Shown here one piece after another: positions 10,495 to 20,258 of a DNA stretch of 64,000 nucleotides. This DNA is from a bacterium (GTDB taxonomy: Bacteria > Spirochaetota > Spirochaetia > Treponematales > UBA12059). The stretch lies in contig DATKVB010000025.1 of assembly GCA_035530295.1 (NCBI GenBank), positions 114,552 to 178,551 on the forward strand, in the 5' to 3' direction. Position 1 is the first letter of the stretch, and each line of letters begins with the position of its first letter. The position numbers and the translations under genes are program-made. The notes under the pieces are model-generated. The model was not told the origin of the DNA, did no database searches, and was given only the letters and a program-made list of their open reading frames with translations.

Positions 10495-11381
10495 GACGCG
10501 GGCCCGGCCGCCTGTATGCGGCTCCCGCGCTCTTCTGGCTGTCGGTCTTCTTTCTGGCCCCGCTCGTGATCATCGTCGCATACAGCTTCATGACGCCGGG
10601 AAAGCGTGGCGGCATCGAGTGGAAGCCGACGCTGGACGCCTACCGGGCGATTGCCAACCCGACGTTCCTCAAGGTAACGCTGAGCACCATCGTGATGGCG
10701 ATAGGCTCCACCGCCATTACCCTGCTCATTGCCATCCCGTGCGGGTACTACATGGCCAGGAGCAAGCACCAGAACCTGCTCCTGATGCTGGTGATGATAC
10801 CGTTCTGGACCAATTTTCTGATACGCATCTACGCATGGATAGCCATACTCGGCAATGAGGGATTCCTGAACGACATACTGCTGGCCACCGGGCTGACCAC
10901 GGAGAGCATTCGCTTCCTGTACAACCGCGGGGCCGTGATGCTGGTGCTCGTATATACGTATCTGCCCTATGCGATACTGCCGTTGTATTCGACCATCGAC
11001 AAGTTCGACTTCGCGCTGCTCGAGGCGGCTCGCGATCTTGGCGCGACCAAGCTCAGCGCCATCAACCGTGTGCTTCTGCCAAACATAAAGGGCGGGATCC
11101 TCACGGCGTTCCTGTTCACCTTCATACCGATTTTCGGCGCCTATGCCGTGCCGCTGCTGGTGGGCGGAACCGAATCGTACATGCTTGGCAACCTGATTGC
11201 CGATGAGCTGACAAAGAGCCGCGACTGGCCCCTGGCCTCGGCGATATCGCTGGTGATTACGCTGGTCACGACTGTCGGCGTGCTGCTGCTGCTCAGGGCC
11301 AATGGGGCAGAGGTGCTCGGCGGTTCCGGCGGCGAAGAACGAGTCATACAGGAACCAGCACCTGTCGGAGGCACGCGATGA
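10491..11381 (+). CDS. potB: Spermidine/putrescine ABC transporter permease
   Basis: IPFWTNFLIRIYAW, YLPYAILPLY, LLEAARDLGA. Confidence 0.9.
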   Translation: MRRGPGRLYAAPALFWLSVFFLAPLVIIVAYSFMTPGKRGGIEWKPTLDAYRAIANPTFLKVTLSTIVMAIGSTAITLLIAIPCGYYMARSKHQNLLLMLVMIPFWTNFLIRIYAWIAILGNEGFLNDILLATGLTTESIRFLYNRGAVMLVLVYTYLPYAILPLYSTIDKFDFALLEAARDLGATKLSAINRVLLPNIKGGILTAFLFTFIPIFGAYAVPLLVGGTESYMLGNLIADELTKSRDWPLASAISLVITLVTTVGVLLLLRANGAEVLGGSGGEERVIQEPAPVGGTR

Positions 11382-12157
11382 AGAAGCGGGCATCCTTCTC
11401 CAAGAGCGTCTTCATTGCCACGATCACCTTCCTGAGCCTGCCTCTCCTCGTGCTGATCGTCTACTCGTTCAACGCCTCCAAGTCTGGCTCGTGGAGCGGA
11501 TTCTCGGTACGCTGGTACGTCAAGCTCTTCACCGACTCACCGCAACTCTGGCATGCCTTCTCCAACAGCGCCATCGTTGCCCTGTCATCGGCCCTCGTCG
11601 CGACAGTCATCGGCACGCTCGGAGCCGTGGCTGTCAACTGGTACAAGTTTCGCCTGCGCAGTTACCTGCGGACCATCACCTTCCTGCCGATGATCCTGCC
11701 GGAGATCATCATAGGCGTGTCGCTGCTGGTATTTTTCTCCGGCATCGGACTCAGGCTCAGCCTGTTTACGGTGTTCGTGGCGCATGTCTCCTTCAATCTG
11801 CCGTTCGTCTTCCTCTTGGTACTTGCCAGGCTGGAGGAGTTCGACTTCTCCATAATCGAGGCTGCTCGCGACCTCGGAGCCAGCGAGACGCAGACCCTGT
11901 TCAGGGTGATATTGCCCATATCGATGCCTGGCATTGTGTCCGGTTTCCTGACGGCGGTTACCCTGTCGCTGGAGGATTTCGTCATCACCTTCTTTGTAAC
12001 CGGTCCCGGCGCTACCACGCTGCCGCTGTACGTCTACTCGGCCATACGTTTCGGCGTATCGCCGGTGATCAATGCGCTGTCGGTGGTAATGATCGTGGGT
12101 ACGGTCGTGCTTACCTGGTCGACCAGGAATTTTCTCAAATACATCGCGGCCAAATAG
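11378..12157 (+). CDS. potC: Spermidine/putrescine ABC transporter permease
   Basis: YSFN, PEIIIGVSLL, EAARDLGA, SLEDFVITFF, TTLPLYVYS. Confidence 0.9.
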   Translation: MKKRASFSKSVFIATITFLSLPLLVLIVYSFNASKSGSWSGFSVRWYVKLFTDSPQLWHAFSNSAIVALSSALVATVIGTLGAVAVNWYKFRLRSYLRTITFLPMILPEIIIGVSLLVFFSGIGLRLSLFTVFVAHVSFNLPFVFLLVLARLEEFDFSIIEAARDLGASETQTLFRVILPISMPGIVSGFLTAVTLSLEDFVITFFVTGPGATTLPLYVYSAIRFGVSPVINALSVVMIVGTVVLTWSTRNFLKYIAAK

Positions 12158-12208
12158 GTCCGCATGGCACATGCCCCAGTCCGGGGCATGGACGGAAGGA
12201 GTACCAAC

Positions 12209-13240
12209 ATGAAGAGGCGAATTGCGCTTGCGGCCATGGCCGCCATCATCGCTATGGTTCTGGCATCATGCGGCGGGACCGCGCAGAAGCTGTACCTGTT
12301 CAACTGGATCTACTACATCCCCGATGATGTCATAACCGATTTTACAAAGGAAACAGGCATCGAGGTCGTCGTCGATTCGTATGCCTCGAACGAAGAAATG
12401 TACAACAAGATTGTCGCCGGTGGCTCTGGCTACGACCTCGTCGTGCCTTCAGGCGACTACGTCTCCATCATGGCGGCCGAGGGGCTGGTCGAACCGATAA
12501 ACAAGGCGAACCTCAAGAACTTCGGCAATATCGACCCTGCCGCGATAGCGCGCATAGGCTTCGACAAGGGCAACAAGTACAGCGTGCCATACATGATGGG
12601 CGCCGCCGGCGTTGCGGTGAACAAGACTAAGGTATCCGGCTACGAACACAGCTGGAATATCTTCGAGCGCACCGACCTCAAGGGCCGCATGACTATGCTT
12701 GATGACATGCGCGAAGTACTGGGCGCCGCGCTCAAGTACCTCGGTTACTCGGTCAATGATCCTGACCCGGCCCATCTCGAACAGGCCAGGCAGGTTGTCG
12801 AGCGCTGGAAGCCGAACCTTGTCAAGTTCGATGCCGAAGCCTTTGCGAAGAGCTTCGCCGCGGGCGAGTTCTGGGTTGTGCAGGGCTATGCCGAGAATGT
12901 GTTCCTGGAGTATCCGGAGGACAAGCGGGCCGACGTTGACTTCTTCTTTCCCAAAGAGGGCACGCCGATGTACATGGACAACTTCTGCATTCTCAAGGGC
13001 GCAAAGAACGTAGACGCGGCATACAAGTTCATAGACTACATATTGCGCCCGGATATAGCGGCGCGCATCGCGGATTACCTGATGATACCGTCGCCCAATG
13101 TGCCTGCCCGCGCGCTGATGAAGGTGAAGCCGAATTACCAGTTCGAGGATCTGGCCAACAGCGAGTTCAAGGAAGACCTGGGGCAGGAGACGCTGAAGCT
13201 GTACAACGATGTCTGGCGCCGTATACGGGTTGGCAACTAG
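12209..13240 (+). CDS. potD: Spermidine/putrescine-binding lipoprotein
   Basis: Lipobox LASC, LFNW..YIP, YASNEEMY, YDLVVPS, LDDMREV; AAGGAG RBS. Confidence 0.9.
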   Translation: MKRRIALAAMAAIIAMVLASCGGTAQKLYLFNWIYYIPDDVITDFTKETGIEVVVDSYASNEEMYNKIVAGGSGYDLVVPSGDYVSIMAAEGLVEPINKANLKNFGNIDPAAIARIGFDKGNKYSVPYMMGAAGVAVNKTKVSGYEHSWNIFERTDLKGRMTMLDDMREVLGAALKYLGYSVNDPDPAHLEQARQVVERWKPNLVKFDAEAFAKSFAAGEFWVVQGYAENVFLEYPEDKRADVDFFFPKEGTPMYMDNFCILKGAKNVDAAYKFIDYILRPDIAARIADYLMIPSPNVPARALMKVKPNYQFEDLANSEFKEDLGQETLKLYNDVWRRIRVGN

Positions 13241-13314
13241 CGATCAAGACTCCGAAATTCTGAACTGCGGGGGCCGCAAAGGCTCCCGTGGCGTGGCGAT
13301 CGATATCCTGTCTC

Positions 13315-13365
13315 TTCCGCTATTCCCTCTGGGTGTGTATACTGATATATCAGGTGGTATATCAC
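13315..13365 (+). promoter_or_regulatory. Candidate promoter with tandem 12-bp palindromic operators
   Basis: TTCCGC-N17-TATACT followed by CTGATATATCAG (13342-13353) and GTGGTATATCAC (13354-13365). Confidence 0.55.
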
Positions 13366-13600
13366 GGATATGGATCCTTGGATGCCACCGCCGCCGTCGG
13401 CGGACAGGTTCCTGGAGTTCCGATCCACCATCACCATGGACCGCGCAGCGTCCTGGAACCGCACATCTTTCTCAGCACCATACTTCGAGCTTCGTCGAGC
13501 CTACAGCGATGCGTCCATACACGGATCATCGCCATGGCACGGAGCCGAAGGGCCGCATTCGAAAGGATGCGACCTCCCGTCGTTTGGAAAGGAGTATGGC

Positions 13601-15241
13601 ATGTACGATTCTATGCTTTATGGTCAGGAGCCCATCCCGACCCTGCCGCTCAACGAGCCGGTCCGCTCGTTCGCGCCCGGCTCTGTGGAGCGCGCGGCGA
13701 TCGACGCCGAACTCAAGGCCATGGCCGCCACTCCCGTCGAGATTCCCGCCATCATCGGCGGCAAGGAAGTGCGCACAGGCAGGGTCAAGGAGATCCGCGC
13801 CCCGCATGACCGATCGCTGGTGCTTGGCCGCTACCACGAGGCTGGACGTGCGGAAGCACTCGCCGCGGCGGACGCCGCTGCCGAGGCCTACCGGATGTGG
13901 TCCCAGACGCCGTTCCAGGAGCGCGCCGCCGTATTCCGCAAGGCCGCGGATCTGATCACGGCTGGCTGGTGGAAGCGGCTCTCGGCCGCCACGATGCTCG
14001 GCCAGTCCAAGAACGTGTATCAGGCGGAGATAGATGCGGTGTGCGAGACAGCCGACTTCTACCGCATCAACCCGGCGCTCGCGGAGCGCCTGTATGCTGA
14101 GCAGCCACGGTCTGGTGGCGGCGAGCGCAACCTGGCGGACTACCGGCCGCTCGATGGCTTCGTGTACGCGGTGACGCCGTTCAACTTTACATCGATTGCC
14201 GCCAACCTTCCATCTGCGCCGGCGCTCATGGGCAACACGGTGGTCTGGAAACCCGCGTCGACATCCGTGCTATCGAACTGGTACCTCTACCAGCTGTACC
14301 GCGAGGCGGGCCTGCCCGATGGCGTCATAAACTTCATTCCCGGATCGGCCCGCGACATCAGCGCCGGCGTGCTGTCCCGCCCCGATTTTGCCGGGCTCCA
14401 CTTCACCGGTTCCACGCCGGTATTCAACAGTCTGTGGAAGGCGGTAGCGGAGAATCTCTCTACATATCGGGCGTACCCGCGACTGGTCGGCGAGACCGGC
14501 GGCAAGGACTTCATCCTGGTTCATCCCGACGCCGACATGGATGCCGTGGTGGCTGCGTGTGTGCGGAGCGCCTTCGAGTACCAGGGGCAGAAATGCTCGG
14601 CGGCGTCGCGGCTCTACGTGCCTGAGTCGTCGTCGCGGGCGTTGCTGGACAGGCTTGCCGCCGAGATATCGGGACTGCGGGTAGGGCAGCCGGCCGATCA
14701 CCGTAATTTCGTCAATGCTGTAATCGATGAGGCTGCCTTCGACACCATCGTCGGGTACATCGAGCGCGCCAGGGCCAACCCGGCCTGCCGCATCCTTGCC
14801 GGTGGCACCTACGACAAGTCTGAAGGCTTTTTCATCGCGCCGACACTCATTGTCAGCGACGATCCACGCTCGGAAAGCATGGTCCAGGAGATATTCGGGC
14901 CGGTGCTTACGGCATACGCCTACGATGATGGCGACATGGCCGCGGCGTACAGGCTTGTCGACTCTACATCACCGTATGCGCTGACCGGTGCCATATTCGC
15001 CACCGACCGTCACGCCATTGTCGAGGCGACGGATGCCCTGAGGCATGCGGCGGGCAACTTCTACATCAATGACAAGCCAACGGGAGCCGTGGTGGGCAGG
15101 CAGCCTTTCGGCGGAGCGCGCGGATCGGGTACCAATGACAAGGCCGGGTCATTCCTCAATCTTGTCCGCTGGACGAGCCCGCGGACCATAAAGGAGAACT
15201 TCGCGCCGCCGACCGACTGGCGCTACCCGTTCCTGGGCTGA
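13601..15241 (+). CDS. pruA: L-glutamate gamma-semialdehyde (P5C) dehydrogenase
   Basis: NEPVRSFAPGS, MLGQSKNVYQAEID, PFNFT, FTGST, GETGGK, FEYQGQKCSA, GNFYINDKPTG; AAGGAG RBS before ATG 13601. Confidence 0.95.
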   Translation: MYDSMLYGQEPIPTLPLNEPVRSFAPGSVERAAIDAELKAMAATPVEIPAIIGGKEVRTGRVKEIRAPHDRSLVLGRYHEAGRAEALAAADAAAEAYRMWSQTPFQERAAVFRKAADLITAGWWKRLSAATMLGQSKNVYQAEIDAVCETADFYRINPALAERLYAEQPRSGGGERNLADYRPLDGFVYAVTPFNFTSIAANLPSAPALMGNTVVWKPASTSVLSNWYLYQLYREAGLPDGVINFIPGSARDISAGVLSRPDFAGLHFTGSTPVFNSLWKAVAENLSTYRAYPRLVGETGGKDFILVHPDADMDAVVAACVRSAFEYQGQKCSAASRLYVPESSSRALLDRLAAEISGLRVGQPADHRNFVNAVIDEAAFDTIVGYIERARANPACRILAGGTYDKSEGFFIAPTLIVSDDPRSESMVQEIFGPVLTAYAYDDGDMAAAYRLVDSTSPYALTGAIFATDRHAIVEATDALRHAAGNFYINDKPTGAVVGRQPFGGARGSGTNDKAGSFLNLVRWTSPRTIKENFAPPTDWRYPFLG

Positions 15242-15302
15242 CGATGGCAGAAGCCGGGAATCGATACCCGGCCTATATCCAGAGTGGGGACCGCGGTGGT
15301 CC

Positions 15303-17144
15303 TCACTCGCCTTGCTTTAGAAGTTCGACCACGGCCTTGATGTCCTCGGCGCCTATGCCGATACCAATGCCGAGTGTCGCGGGCGTCGCGTCGAACCAGC
15401 CCAGAATCCCGACCAGGGCTCTGGCGTCGTAGGCCATGGGCGCGCTGTCAGCCGGTTTCAGGCGCATTATCAGCCTGTTCAGTGCCTTGGTCGAGACATA
15501 CCAGATGGCCTTCGTGTCTGCCGGGGCGCCTGCCCGCAGCGACATGAATGACTGATCCCGTTGCAGCGGCTTCTGCGCCGCACCGCGAGCCAGCAGCGGC
15601 CTGAGCTTTTCCGGCGCCCCAAGTCCGATATACGCCTTGTCATCGCGGTACACATAGACAGGCGCCACCAATCGTTCGAGCAGCGCCGCGTAGGGCGCGT
15701 CGCCAAAACGGTAGCGGTATAAGTCGAATGGCAGGCCGTCGAGCATGCCTATGGTGCGCTCTATGTCGAGGGAGAAGCCCGAAGCGGCAAGTACGCTGGC
15801 ATAAGCCGGATCCTTGACCACTGCCATCATGTTTGCCGATACGTCGCGGAATGCCTGCCTGTCCTTGAGCTCGACGGCTCCGGCCGCGTCGAGAGTCAAG
15901 CCTCGTGAGACGAGCGCCAGCGTCTCCTGTTCATCGATTGATGAACCCGATGTCAGCGTCCTGATCAGTTCATCCGATAATCCGACATCGACGGACGCGC
16001 CGCCGTTCATGCCCGCGGCCGCCGCATAGGCGCGCATCGATTCCAGCGATGTCTTGACCAGGTCCGACCCCGGCATGATCAGGCTGTACAGCGCCTCCAT
16101 GAACGGTGCGCTCCAGTCCTGCGGCGTTGACCATGCGAATGACATCAGGGCGTCGCTGTCACAGTACGACAGGTACGGCAGAGACCTGTCTCCTCTGGCA
16201 GCCTTCGCGGCCATCGTGGCGAGCGTACCGCCATCGGCCAGGCTGGCGCCGACTCTGAACCACGCACGGTCCTTCTGTACGGTCAGAGCCATGTCAATGC
16301 CGGTCAGTTCGGTGACAGCGGCCGCCATACCCTCGGCTATGGCGCTGGCTCCCAAGGTTCCGAGCGCTGCCGCGTCGTTCGTGGTCGAATCCTGGCTATC
16401 AGCCTCGGCGCTCATGTCGGGCTGGGTGTTGTCATTCGGATTGACTGTGTCGGGTTGATCGCCGGCATCGATATCCGGGCTGGTGGAAGTGCCGGACAGG
16501 ATATCCCGGAAACCAGGCACGCGATCAAGATACGCCGAACCGATGCGCGTATCCGCCCATGCGGCAATGCTATGCGCGGGGTAGGCGGACAGTATCGAAA
16601 GATCGATTGTCTCTGCGGCGCCGAATGTCGGAGCCCGCATGCCGCCAAAGCCCAGGGCCACATAGCCCTGGAATCCCGAGCCCACGGTTGCGTCGGAAAA
16701 GGTCCGCCGCGCCAGATTCATCAGAGCGTCGCCGACCCTGGTCTGTTCCGCAGCGGCAAGCGCAGGCTTTAGCGGCAGGAACACGAGAGTCTGGAATTTG
16801 TCACCATCTCCAGGGTAGATGGCCACAAGGAGGCGTCGCGTCAGGTCGATGCCGGCAGCGACAGTCGCACCATCATCGCCGGCGGAATCGTCCTGCAGGC
16901 CCTTGGATAGCGAATCCATTGCGGTGCCGAGCGAGTCAGCCTGCGACTCGAGGCCGGCATTGCGCAGGAATCCGGCAGCATTATCGATTAACACAGCGGG
17001 ATTGCCCACGGTGACGACCATAGCCGCGCCCTGAGGCACGGCGCCAAGGATGTCGAACGCGGACTGCGGTGACGCGCCTATAAGCAACGTCGAGGCGACG
17101 ATAGCGAACAGCGGCATGATATTATGTCTTCTGGCGGATGGCAT
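15303..17144 (-). CDS. Hypothetical exported protein
   Basis: Long ORF with AAGGAG RBS, N-terminal hydrophobic signal and acidic linker; last gene of the GNAT-ROK operon. Confidence 0.75.
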   Translation of the reverse strand: MPSARRHNIMPLFAIVASTLLIGASPQSAFDILGAVPQGAAMVVTVGNPAVLIDNAAGFLRNAGLESQADSLGTAMDSLSKGLQDDSAGDDGATVAAGIDLTRRLLVAIYPGDGDKFQTLVFLPLKPALAAAEQTRVGDALMNLARRTFSDATVGSGFQGYVALGFGGMRAPTFGAAETIDLSILSAYPAHSIAAWADTRIGSAYLDRVPGFRDILSGTSTSPDIDAGDQPDTVNPNDNTQPDMSAEADSQDSTTNDAAALGTLGASAIAEGMAAAVTELTGIDMALTVQKDRAWFRVGASLADGGTLATMAAKAARGDRSLPYLSYCDSDALMSFAWSTPQDWSAPFMEALYSLIMPGSDLVKTSLESMRAYAAAAGMNGGASVDVGLSDELIRTLTSGSSIDEQETLALVSRGLTLDAAGAVELKDRQAFRDVSANMMAVVKDPAYASVLAASGFSLDIERTIGMLDGLPFDLYRYRFGDAPYAALLERLVAPVYVYRDDKAYIGLGAPEKLRPLLARGAAQKPLQRDQSFMSLRAGAPADTKAIWYVSTKALNRLIMRLKPADSAPMAYDARALVGILGWFDATPATLGIGIGIGAEDIKAVVELLKQGE

Positions 17145-17174
17145 GGGAACTCCTTGCAAAATAGCTATGTGTTT

Positions 17175-18080
17175 TCAGCCGATCGCGAGAGCCGCGGCTC
17201 CGAGCAGTCCTGAATCTACGCCAAGTCCCGGCGGCACGATGAACGCGTCCATCGCGCCTGGTTCGTCCAGGCGCGGCGCGTAGCCTGCAAGGCGTGCCTT
17301 GAGGTGGGCGCGGACCAGCTCCACGAGGCCAGGCGCCGAGCCAAGGCCGCCGCCGAGCACGATGCGTTCCGTGGCCAGTACCAGCACCAGCGGCATGAAG
17401 CCCGAGGCCAGGTAACGGGCCTCCATATCCCAGGCGGGGTGCCCGGGGGGCAGGGTCTCCGCCGGCGTTCCCCAGCGGGCCGCTACGGCGGGCCCGGATG
17501 CCATGCCCTCCAGGCAGGCGCCATGGAAGGGGCAATGCCCCGCGTACTGGTCGCCGGATTCGCGCGGCACCGGCACATGGCCCGTCTCGGGATGGCTGGC
17601 GCCATGCAGCAAGGCGCCGTTGGATACCACGCCGCCGCCGATGCCCGTGCCCACCGTTACATAGACGTGGTCTGCAAGCCCGCGTGAGGCTCCCCATCGC
17701 CCCTCGGCCAGCGCCGCGGCGTTGACGTCGGTGTCCATGGCAATGGTCATGCCCAGCCTCTCACGCATCGCCCCCGCCAGGTCGAAACCGGACCAGCCCG
17801 GCTTGGGGGTCTTGCCTATGCGTCCCCAGTCAGCTGCGCCGAATCTGCCCGCAAGCGGCCCGAACGATGCTATGCCCATGCGCTGCATTGGTCCGAATGA
17901 TTCGAAGGCTGTGCGGAACCACGCGGCCGCCTCGTCGGCCGTTGCCGCTGGATCCCGTGTACTGATCCTGCCTCGAGCCAGAATTCTGGGAGTCTCGAGG
18001 GGACCGCCGCTTTCTATGATGCCCAGCACGAATTTTGTGCCGCCGGCTTCTATTGCCGCGACACGCGTGGTGTTCCTCAT
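17175..18080 (-). CDS. ROK-family kinase (fructokinase-like)
   Basis: IEAGGTKF, GIASFGP, TPKPGW, DTDVNAAALAE, VTVGTGIGGG, HPETGH, CPFHGACLEG. Confidence 0.9.
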   Translation of the reverse strand: MRNTTRVAAIEAGGTKFVLGIIESGGPLETPRILARGRISTRDPAATADEAAAWFRTAFESFGPMQRMGIASFGPLAGRFGAADWGRIGKTPKPGWSGFDLAGAMRERLGMTIAMDTDVNAAALAEGRWGASRGLADHVYVTVGTGIGGGVVSNGALLHGASHPETGHVPVPRESGDQYAGHCPFHGACLEGMASGPAVAARWGTPAETLPPGHPAWDMEARYLASGFMPLVLVLATERIVLGGGLGSAPGLVELVRAHLKARLAGYAPRLDEPGAMDAFIVPPGLGVDSGLLGAAALAIG

Positions 18081-18586
18081 TCCTCGCCCGGCTCCCGGGG
18101 GATGGCGAGGTTGTCCGAATCCCGCGGTTTGATGGACGAAACAGCCTTGACGTATATGTAGTAATCGTTGTCGCTGTCATAGAAGCCAGGAATGTGGCCT
18201 ATGGTCTGGAATCCAGAATTCTGGTAGAAGGATTCGCCAATCGCCTGTTCCTTGACCTTGGAGGTCTCCACCCTGATGACGGCGTATGTGTTTGTTTCCA
18301 ACAGCTTCTCTTCAAGCAATGCCATGAGCCGCGGCCCGACTGCGCCGCTACGGTAGTCCCTGCCTATGACAAACGTGTGAACGTCAAATGTGTAGTCGGT
18401 GTTGGGTGACCTGTAATAGAGGCAGAAACCGGCAAGAATGATGCCATCGCGCAGCTCGATCAGCTCGAACGGCTTGCCTGGACTCTCCTTCCAGGCGGCC
18501 AGGGTCTCTTTCAGTATATCGAGCTCGATATCCCGGTAGGCCCCGGTCTCAAGCGATAGCAACTCATATTCCCGAATATTGATCAT
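18077..18586 (-). CDS. GNAT-family N-acetyltransferase
   Basis: DYRSGAVG motif A, RVETS, FYQNSGFQTIGHIPGFY. Confidence 0.8.
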   Translation of the reverse strand: MINIREYELLSLETGAYRDIELDILKETLAAWKESPGKPFELIELRDGIILAGFCLYYRSPNTDYTFDVHTFVIGRDYRSGAVGPRLMALLEEKLLETNTYAVIRVETSKVKEQAIGESFYQNSGFQTIGHIPGFYDSDNDYYIYVKAVSSIKPRDSDNLAIPREPGEE

Positions 18587-18904
18587 TCCCGGTATTCCTC
18601 ATGCCCGCGTGGCTCTGGGCGTTTTTTGATGTATCGAATATTATCTCGATCGAGCGAATTGCAAAAGCTGACTTGCTTTTGAAAAGCGCCCGATACCATA
18701 GTATTTTAATCCATGGATCATCATTTGTACACGTCCGACAGAATTTTGCCTGTGTGCTGGCCGGAAATACCCAGGTGATGGTGCTTCATGTTCAATTTTT
18801 TTGCTGTTCAGGCCGAAATATAATAAGAACCAGACACGAATGGCAGCAAGAGGCGTTCGCTGGCGGTGGCGGAAGGCTTTCCCAGGCAAGGATGGATTAC
18901 AGTG

Positions 18905-20125
18905 ATGAACTATTCGATAAAGAATGCCGATATCGCGACCGGCGATGGCCTGCGCCGCAAAGGTTCAGTGTCGATCAATGAAAAACTACTCGCCTCGGCA
19001 CTGTCCAAGGGTCCATCGTTCGATCTCGCTGGCGCGTCCTTTGTCTACCCGGCCCTGATCAACATTCATGACCACTTCAGGGGCAACTATTTGCCGCGCG
19101 TCGGACCCAAGGACGACAAGTTCTACACCAACTGGGGGCCCTGGGACGCCGACCTCAAATCGTCCGCGGTCTATGAGGAACGAGCCAACATCAATGTCGA
19201 GCAGATGTACTTTCTGTCCGCCTACAAGAACCTGTTCTCCGGCGTGGCGACCGCCAATGACCACTTTCCACACGAGATAAACGGCGCGTACCTGCCCCGC
19301 CTGCCGATCCGCGTCATAGAGAACTACTGCCTTTCGCACGAGTGCTCTTCGTACGACCTCAACTGGGGCGACGGGATAGAGATAGAGCACGCGCGGGCCG
19401 TGGAGCGCGACTGGCCCTATATCACCCACCTCGAGGAAGGTTTCGATTTCGAGTCACAGGATGGCATCGGCATCCTTGAACAGTTGCAGTGTCTGGACGA
19501 CCATTGCGTGTTCATCCACTGCATCGGCTTCTCCGATGAGGACATAGCGAAGACCGCCAAGGTTGGAGCCTCGGTATCGTGGTGCCCGGCGTCCAACAAG
19601 CTGATGTTCAATGTTACCTGCAAGATAAGGAAGATGCTGCAGGCGGGCATCAACGTATCGATCGGCACCGACTCCACCGCGACGGGCTCAGTGAATCTGC
19701 TTGCCGAGATGCAGTACGCGCGCCTGGTCTATCAACAGATGTACGGTGAAGACCTGCCCGCAAAGTCGATATTCAACATGGTGACGGCGAATCCAGCAAA
19801 AGCATTCCGTATGGCCGACCGCATCGGCGCCCTTGAGCCTGGCATGAACGCGGATATCCTGGTGCTCAAGGCCAGGCACGATGACCCCTACGAGAACCTG
19901 GCATCAGCGACCATGCGTGACATCGAATTCCTGTCGGTGGACGGTATGCCGGTGCTGGCCGACCAGCGGTTTGGGGAGCTGATCCCCGATGACGGCACGT
20001 ATGAAGAGGTTACCGTCGATGGCAGGGCCATGCTTGCCAAGGGTACCCCGGCAAGCCTGTACCGGACGATCCGCCAGGAAGTTGGCTTCAAGAAGGTTCT
20101 GGACTATTTGCCTTTTGAAGTATGA
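18905..20125 (+). CDS. Amidohydrolase-family protein
   Basis: PALINIHDH, THLEEG, WCPASN, IGTDS, TANPAKAF, GALEPG..ADILV. Confidence 0.88.
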   Translation: MNYSIKNADIATGDGLRRKGSVSINEKLLASALSKGPSFDLAGASFVYPALINIHDHFRGNYLPRVGPKDDKFYTNWGPWDADLKSSAVYEERANINVEQMYFLSAYKNLFSGVATANDHFPHEINGAYLPRLPIRVIENYCLSHECSSYDLNWGDGIEIEHARAVERDWPYITHLEEGFDFESQDGIGILEQLQCLDDHCVFIHCIGFSDEDIAKTAKVGASVSWCPASNKLMFNVTCKIRKMLQAGINVSIGTDSTATGSVNLLAEMQYARLVYQQMYGEDLPAKSIFNMVTANPAKAFRMADRIGALEPGMNADILVLKARHDDPYENLASATMRDIEFLSVDGMPVLADQRFGELIPDDGTYEEVTVDGRAMLAKGTPASLYRTIRQEVGFKKVLDYLPFEV

Positions 20126-20258
20126 AGCCCCGCTTTGGCGACGCGATGTGGCTGAATACTGAATATCGGCATGGCAGTCAGGGAAGATATGTACTATAAT
20201 CACCAAATGGCTGATTGGTGCAGATCACAGCCTTAAATTCGGGAGCAATGAGGAAACG

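Noticed and set aside
13370..13600. 77-aa N-terminal extension of PruA as a real protein domain
   Set aside because: Family similarity starts after ATG 13601, which has an AAGGAG RBS; the extension is kept only as a possible regulatory frame.
13530..13600. Glycine or other known riboswitch
   Set aside because: CCGAAG and a GAAA tetraloop are present, but the other conserved riboswitch elements could not be found by eye.
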